DNA of 32,000 nucleotides from Desulfobulbus propionicus DSM 2032 (GTDB lineage Bacteria; Desulfobacterota; Desulfobulbia; Desulfobulbales; Desulfobulbaceae): NCBI RefSeq assembly GCF_000186885.1, contig NC_014972.1, positions 840,001 to 872,000 of the forward strand, read 5' to 3'. Shown piece by piece: positions 26,489 to 32,000 of this stretch (position 1 is its first letter; each line of letters starts with the position of its first letter). The notes under the pieces were generated by a model. It saw only the letters and a program-made list of their open reading frames with translations, ran no database searches and was not told where the DNA came from. The position numbers and the translations under genes were made by a program.

Positions 26489-26713
26489 AATGAACAGACA
26501 TGATGGCTGACCAGAGCGTCATTCGCCTGCATTTTAATTTTTGTTAAACATAATAGGGAAGGTCAAAGACAGCAGGTACGGAAGTTTAATGCCTCGTATC
26601 AATAGGGGGCACCTGCCGAGACCAAAACCGGTTTTAGTTTTGACCGGATTGTAGTCTTCATTCCTCTTTCTGCTCTTTTTGACAGTTCCCGATACTCAAA
26701 GGAGGTACCTGCG
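26489..26713 (+). promoter_or_regulatory. rplJ 5' leader region, the probable L10(L12)4 autoregulatory leader and internal promoter.
   Basis: This is a 225-nt non-coding gap in the position where the L10 leader occurs in many bacteria. It contains potential pairing cagcaggt (26570s) / acctgccg (26610s) and ends in AGGAGG 8 nt before the TTG start. I cannot fold or align it here. Confidence 0.4.
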
Positions 26714-27232
26714 TTGAATCGCGATCAGAAGACCGATGTCATTAGTGAACTCAACGAGACCTTTTCCAAAGCGAAGTTTGCGGTAGTTGCCGATTATCGT
26801 GGGCTGAAAGTGACGGAACTGGAAAAGTTGCGTAAAGAACTGCGCCAAAACGATGCGCAAATCCAGGTTGCAAAGAATACCTTGCTCAAGCTGGCGGTTA
26901 AGGGGACAGCCTACGAAGGGCTGAGTGACTTCTTCAGTGGCACCACAGCGGTGGCCGTGGGCTTCACAGAGCCGGTTGGTCCATCAAAGGCATTGACTGC
27001 TTTTGCCGCGGAATTCAATGCCTTTTCCATCCGTTCGGCTGTCCTCGAAGGAAGTGTGCTGACCGCAGAGGACGTGGTGGCGCTGTCCAAGCTCCCCAGC
27101 CGAGAACAGCTGCTTGCCAAGCTGCTTGGCACCATGTCGGCCGTGCCGACTGGATTTGTGCGAGTGCTCAGTGCTGTACCGCAGAAATTACTGTATGCAA
27201 TTTCTGCAATTAAAGATCAGAAGGAAAATTAA
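26714..27232 (+). CDS. rplJ: 50S ribosomal protein L10 (TTG start).
   Basis: MNRDQKTDVISELNETFSKAKFAVVADYRGLKVTELEKLRKELR. TTG at 26714 is preceded by AAAGGAGG. Confidence 0.95.
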   Translation: MNRDQKTDVISELNETFSKAKFAVVADYRGLKVTELEKLRKELRQNDAQIQVAKNTLLKLAVKGTAYEGLSDFFSGTTAVAVGFTEPVGPSKALTAFAAEFNAFSIRSAVLEGSVLTAEDVVALSKLPSREQLLAKLLGTMSAVPTGFVRVLSAVPQKLLYAISAIKDQKEN

Positions 27233-27299
27233 ATACACTTCCTTGCACGTTCGCAACGTCAAGGAAAGCAAATTGACATTTAGCCTGGAGGAATGAACA

Positions 27300-27680
27300 A
27301 TGGCTGTAACCAAACAAGATGTGATCGATTTTATTTCCAACATGACTGTTCTCGAGCTCTCTGAGCTGATCAAGGAATTGGAGGAAAAATTTGGTGTTTC
27401 TGCAGCTGCCCCGGTGGCGGTTGCTGCGGTTGCCGCACCGGCTGAAGGTGGCGCTGCCGCTGAGGAGAAAACCGAATTTGACGTCATCCTTACCAATGCC
27501 GGAGATCAAAAGATCAAGGTAATCAAGGAAGTTCGTGCTATCACCTCGCTGGGCCTCAAGGAGGCGAAAGACTTGGTTGAGGGCGTACCCGCACCAATCA
27601 AGGAAGGTGTCAGCAAGGATGAAGCCGCTGCGATCAAAACCCAAATCGAAGGTGCCGGCGGTACCGTAGAGATCAAATAA
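27300..27680 (+). CDS. rplL: 50S ribosomal protein L7/L12.
   Basis: [38 protein letters not shown] is followed by an Ala-rich hinge and then [37 protein letters not shown]. Confidence 0.97.
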   Translation: MAVTKQDVIDFISNMTVLELSELIKELEEKFGVSAAAPVAVAAVAAPAEGGAAAEEKTEFDVILTNAGDQKIKVIKEVRAITSLGLKEAKDLVEGVPAPIKEGVSKDEAAAIKTQIEGAGGTVEIK

Positions 27681-27741
27681 TTAGATCTATCCTTTGCGCT
27701 ATCGGGTCGTTATTACCCGAAGGCAAATCATCTCATCAGGC

Positions 27742-27783
27742 AACGCTATAGGGCTAAAAGCCCCGTAGCGTTCCTGTGTTTGT
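27742..27783 (+). terminator. rplL-rpoB intergenic attenuator hairpin (partial terminator).
   Basis: A 13-position stem, aacgctatagggc (27742-27754) / gccccgtagcgtt (27760-27772), has 11 Watson-Crick pairs, 1 G-U and 1 mismatch and closes a 5-nt loop. It is followed by cctgtgtttg. The position matches the known attenuator between rplL and rpoB in E. coli. Confidence 0.5.
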
Positions 27784-27886
27784 AGGTATTTCCAATCTTC
27801 TAGTCGGATCGCGTTTAGTTTTATATCGTTATTTCGTGTAATTATTAAACTGTGATCTGTTTCACGCGGAATGTTTCGAGGGAACC

Positions 27887-30800
27887 ATGAACAGAGTACG
27901 TAAGAGTTTTGCTAAAACAAGCCAGATCATTGAACCGCCACATCTCATTGCTATGCAGCGGGAATCTTACGAGCACTTTCTGCAACGAGATATTGCGCCT
28001 GAATTACGAAAAGATCACGGGTTGCAATCTATCTTTCAAAGCATTTTCCCTATTACAGATTTCAACGGATTGTGTTCGCTTGAATTCGTTCGTTATTCTT
28101 TCGGAGAGCCCAAATACACCGTCGCCGAATGTATCGAGCGGGGAATGACCTATGAAGCACCTCTTAAAATCACCGTCAGGCTCATCACCTTTGACGTCGA
28201 TGAGGCGACGGGGGTTCAGTCTGTGCGTGATATCAAGGAACAGGAGGTATTCCTCGGGGCTTTACCGCTCATGACGCAAGACGGAGTGTTTGTGGTCAAC
28301 GGCACGGAACGCGTCATCGTAAATCAGCTGCAACGGTCACCCGGACTCTTCTACACCCATGATCATGGTAAGTCCCATGCTTCCGGCAAAAGGCTCTATT
28401 CGGCGCGAATTATTCCGGTGCGGGGGTCTTGGCTTGATTTCGAATTCGATATTAAAGATATCCTTTATGTGCGCATCGACAGACGCCGTAAGCTGCCAGT
28501 AAGTGTTCTGCTGAAAGCCTTGGGATATGGCGATGAACAATTGCTAAATGAGTTCTATCATTCCGATGTCATCACGTGTGAAGGAGAAAAGTATTCGATC
28601 GCCTTCAACGCTATCACCTTCGCCAATCAGCGGTTGAACACCGACATCATTCATCCCGGCGATGGGACTATAATTGCCAAAAAAGGCAAAAAGGTCACCA
28701 AGACCCTTGCGAAGAAGATCGAGAGCCTTGGCGTCGCCTCCATCTCCATTGATGTCGAGGAGTTATACGGTCGCTACTTTGCCCGGGATATTGTCAACGA
28801 GCAGACTGGAGAAGTTGTTGTCAAGTGCAACGACACCGTAACACCGGCAACGCTTGAAGCTCTCGCCGTGGCCGGAATCAATTCTTTTTCCCTTCTGTTC
28901 ATTGATGGCGTTAATTTCAGTGAATCGTTCCGCAAAACATTGCTGCTCGACAAGATTAAAGATACCGATGAAGCATTGATTGAAATTTATCGTCGGCTCA
29001 GGCCGTCAAGTCCACCGACCCTGGAGGTGGCCAAGGCTTTCTTTGACAATCTTTTTTTCAATCCTGCCACTTATGATCTCTCCGAGGTAGGACGGTATAA
29101 AATCAACACCAAGCTCGGCGTCGATACCCCGATCGAGGTGCGGACACTGACTCAGGAAGATATCATCAAAAGTGTCAAATACCTCGTTCGAATCAAGGAT
29201 GAATTGAAGGATGGTGACGATATTGATCACCTTGGCAACCGTCGTGTTCGAACCGTGGGCGAACTGTGCGAGAATCAATTCCGCATGGGCCTGGTGCGGA
29301 TGGAGCGAGCCATCAAAGAGCGGATGACCCTCCAGGAAATTGAGACCCTGATGCCGCACGACCTCGTCAATCCCAAACCGGTGACCTCTGCGATCAAGGA
29401 ATTTTTTGGTACCAGCCAACTTTCCCAGTTCATGGATCAAACCAATCCTCTTTCCGAGGTAACCCATAAGCGCAGGCTTTCTGCGCTGGGCCCAGGCGGT
29501 CTTTCTCGGGAACGCGCTGGTTTCGAAGTGCGTGACGTTCATCCGACTCATTATGGCCGGATTTGTCCGGTAGAAACCCCTGAGGGACCAAATATCGGCC
29601 TGATTGTCAGCTTAGCCACCTATGCGATGGTGAATCCGTATGGATTTATCGAGACTCCGTATCGCTATGTCCAAGATCGAATTGTTTCGAATGAATACAA
29701 GTACCTGTCTGCCTTGCAAGAAGAGGATCACGTCATCGCTCCGGCGAAAATTCCTTTGGATGGCGACCGAATAGCCGATGATTATTTGATAGCCCGGCAA
29801 GAAAGTGAGGTGGCCATGGTCGCCGCTGACGATATCACGATGATGGATATCGCTCCCAACCAGATGGTTTCGGTTGCGGCCTCGTTGATCCCTTTCCTTG
29901 AGAATGACGACGCCAACCGCGCATTGATGGGTTCCAACATGCAGCGACAGGCAGTGCCGTTGCTGAAAACCAGCGCGCCCCTGGTTGGGACCGGCGTGGA
30001 GAAATATGTAGCTCGTGATTCCGGTGCCTGTCTGTTGGCAGGCGGAGACGGCGTGGTTGAGGAGGCGGATGCTAATCGCATCGTGGTGCGATATGATCAG
30101 CCAGGAGTGGATGGATTTGATACGGGTATTGGTGTCTATCATTTGTCCAAGTATAAAAAATCCAATCAAAACACATGCTTTAATCAAAAAGCTCTTGTGC
30201 TTCCTGGGCAACGTGTTGTGAAGGGGACAGTCTTGGCAGATGGACCGTCCACGGAAGTCGGAGAACTCGCTTTGGGAAAAAATGTGACCATCGCGTTCAT
30301 GCCCTGGCGAGGCTACAACTTTGAAGATTCCATCCTGATCAATGAGCGTTTACTTAAAGAAGATACCTTCACCTCCGTGCATATTGAAATCTTTGAAACA
30401 ATGGCACGGGATACCAAGTTGGGAAAAGAAGAGATTACCCGCGATATTCCCAATGTCGGTGAGGAAGGACTCCGTAATCTCGATGATTCCGGTATTGTCC
30501 GCATCGGGGCTGAGGTTCGCGCCGGTGACATGCTGGTCGGCAAGGTCACTCCGAAAGGCGAGAGTATGCTTTCGCCTGAAGAAAAATTGCTCCGGGCGAT
30601 TTTTGGCGAGAAAGCCGGTGATGTAAAAGATTCCTCCTTGCGGGTACCGCCGGGAATCGAAGGAGTGGTGATCGACGCCAAAGTCTTTTCGAGAAAGGGA
30701 GTCGACAAAGACGAGCGGACGCTGATGATCGAGGAAATGGAGATCGAACGCCTCAATCGGGACATGGAAGCCGAGCTGAGAAGTTTGAAAAACGGCGTGC

Positions 30801-31960
30801 GCAACTCCCTGGCTGTTCTTCTCGAAGGTCGGACGGCTAAAAGTGATATCAAGGACAAGAAAGGAAAGATCATCCTTAAATTAGGCAAACAACTCACCGC
30901 CAAGGTTGTCTCCCAAATTAGTTTCGCCGAACTCCATGACTTGGATTTTTCGGAAAGAGCCAAGTATGAGGACGAGATTGACGCGATCTTCAAACGCTAC
31001 AATACCCAGGCCTCCGTTGTTCGCGGGCGTTATCAGGGCATTGTTGAGCGTATGGAAAAAGGAGATGATCTGCCCCCCGGCGTGGTGAAAATGGTGAAAA
31101 TCTATGTGGCCACCAAGCGTAAACTGGCGGTTGGCGACAAAATGGCGGGGCGTCACGGCAATAAAGGTGTTGTTTCACGTCTGCTTCCCGAGGAGGATAT
31201 GCCCTTTTTTGCCGATGGAACTACTGTCGATATTGTGCTCAATCCCCTTGGCGTGCCTTCGCGAATGAATGTTGGCCAGGTGCTTGAATGCCATCTTGGT
31301 TTTGCCGCCAAAAGGCTGGGAGAACAACTCTCGGCTGTAGCGAAACAGAAGGAGGCCGCACGGCTCAAGCAAAGGTTGGCGCAGATTTATTCCCAAGAGG
31401 AGTATGCTCGATTAACTGAAGGACTCAGCGACGAGGAATTACTCGACATGATGTGCAAGTACGGCCATGGCATCCATGTGGCCACTCCGGTGTTCGACGG
31501 TGCTTCAGAGAATGAGATACGCCAGGCTCTCGTGGAAGCGGGTGTCGATGAGGTCGGGCAGTCAACATTGTACGACGGCCTGACCGGTGAACCTTTTGAT
31601 AACCAGGTAACGGTGGGCGTGATGTATATGCTTAAGCTGCACCATCTGGTGGACAACAAAATCCACGCCCGGTCAACCGGTCCCTATTCACTTGTCACTC
31701 AACAGCCCCTCGGCGGGAAAGCGCAGTTCGGCGGCCAGCGTTTGGGTGAGATGGAGGTTTGGGCCATGGAGGCCTATGGGGCGGCCTACACCCTCAAAGA
31801 ATTCTTGACGGTGAAATCGGACGATGTTGAAGGCCGGACGACGATGTATGAAAAAATCGTCAAAGGAAACAATTTCTTGGAAACAGGGTTGCCTGAATCA
31901 TTCCATGTTCTCGTCAAGGAATTGAAAGGGCTCTGCCTCGATATCGAATTGCTCGAGTAA
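27887..31960 (+). CDS. rpoB: DNA-directed RNA polymerase beta subunit.
   Basis: 1357 aa. [33 protein letters not shown]...[30 protein letters not shown] (Rif cluster region)...[15 protein letters not shown]...; rpoC would start beyond the window. Confidence 0.98.
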   Translation: MNRVRKSFAKTSQIIEPPHLIAMQRESYEHFLQRDIAPELRKDHGLQSIFQSIFPITDFNGLCSLEFVRYSFGEPKYTVAECIERGMTYEAPLKITVRLITFDVDEATGVQSVRDIKEQEVFLGALPLMTQDGVFVVNGTERVIVNQLQRSPGLFYTHDHGKSHASGKRLYSARIIPVRGSWLDFEFDIKDILYVRIDRRRKLPVSVLLKALGYGDEQLLNEFYHSDVITCEGEKYSIAFNAITFANQRLNTDIIHPGDGTIIAKKGKKVTKTLAKKIESLGVASISIDVEELYGRYFARDIVNEQTGEVVVKCNDTVTPATLEALAVAGINSFSLLFIDGVNFSESFRKTLLLDKIKDTDEALIEIYRRLRPSSPPTLEVAKAFFDNLFFNPATYDLSEVGRYKINTKLGVDTPIEVRTLTQEDIIKSVKYLVRIKDELKDGDDIDHLGNRRVRTVGELCENQFRMGLVRMERAIKERMTLQEIETLMPHDLVNPKPVTSAIKEFFGTSQLSQFMDQTNPLSEVTHKRRLSALGPGGLSRERAGFEVRDVHPTHYGRICPVETPEGPNIGLIVSLATYAMVNPYGFIETPYRYVQDRIVSNEYKYLSALQEEDHVIAPAKIPLDGDRIADDYLIARQESEVAMVAADDITMMDIAPNQMVSVAASLIPFLENDDANRALMGSNMQRQAVPLLKTSAPLVGTGVEKYVARDSGACLLAGGDGVVEEADANRIVVRYDQPGVDGFDTGIGVYHLSKYKKSNQNTCFNQKALVLPGQRVVKGTVLADGPSTEVGELALGKNVTIAFMPWRGYNFEDSILINERLLKEDTFTSVHIEIFETMARDTKLGKEEITRDIPNVGEEGLRNLDDSGIVRIGAEVRAGDMLVGKVTPKGESMLSPEEKLLRAIFGEKAGDVKDSSLRVPPGIEGVVIDAKVFSRKGVDKDERTLMIEEMEIERLNRDMEAELRSLKNGVRNSLAVLLEGRTAKSDIKDKKGKIILKLGKQLTAKVVSQISFAELHDLDFSERAKYEDEIDAIFKRYNTQASVVRGRYQGIVERMEKGDDLPPGVVKMVKIYVATKRKLAVGDKMAGRHGNKGVVSRLLPEEDMPFFADGTTVDIVLNPLGVPSRMNVGQVLECHLGFAAKRLGEQLSAVAKQKEAARLKQRLAQIYSQEEYARLTEGLSDEELLDMMCKYGHGIHVATPVFDGASENEIRQALVEAGVDEVGQSTLYDGLTGEPFDNQVTVGVMYMLKLHHLVDNKIHARSTGPYSLVTQQPLGGKAQFGGQRLGEMEVWAMEAYGAAYTLKEFLTVKSDDVEGRTTMYEKIVKGNNFLETGLPESFHVLVKELKGLCLDIELLE

Positions 31961-32000
31961 CACGGAAAGATCGCGGCTAAAAAATAGTCCAAGGAATGTT

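Noticed and set aside
30313-30993. 226-aa Ser-rich minus ORF inside rpoB, plus other antisense ORFs in rpoB.
   Set aside because: This is the antisense of an E/K/D-rich rpoB segment. It is low-complexity with no signals, and rpoB identity is unambiguous.

Overview
This window is mostly conserved core-genome DNA. It looks like a sulfate-reducing member of the Desulfobacterota; that is inferred only from the aprBA-qmoABC module and gene content, since no rRNA is present to confirm it. Left to right: (1) <1-3076 (-), a very long cytoplasmic multi-PAS sensor gene whose reading frame breaks at a G7 homopolymer. Its long downstream frame is absent from the supplied ORF track because it has no stop inside the window. 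(2) 3436-4881 (+), an orphan secreted protein with a phospholipase-A2-type YxGPG...HDxxY motif, an E/K-rich helical spacer and a small Gly/Ser/Thr-rich C-terminal domain. A bidirectional terminator and tRNA-Leu(CAG) (-) follow it. (3) 5345-11784 (+): ribF, then three tightly coupled genes of unknown function (TPR, Zn-ribbon+HEAT, TPR-like) abutting ribE-ribBA-ribH-nusB. (4) ftsK. (5) A ~400 bp AT-rich control region, then aprBA, a strong terminator, and qmoABC (dissimilatory APS reductase and its quinone-interacting electron-transfer complex). (6) The classical tRNA(Thr-Tyr-Gly-Thr)-tuf-rpmG-tRNA(Trp)-secE-nusG-rplK-rplA-rplJ-rplL-rpoB cluster, including an L33 gene too short for the ORF track. 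I saw no CRISPR array, transposase, integrase, toxin-antitoxin pair or recognisable defence system, and I cannot support a claim of a clearly novel multi-gene system here. The two loci most worth follow-up are the PLA2-like modular secreted protein and the TPR/HEAT/TPR trio embedded in the flavin-biosynthesis operon. All long antisense ORFs in the track are explained as in-register shadows of codon-biased genes.
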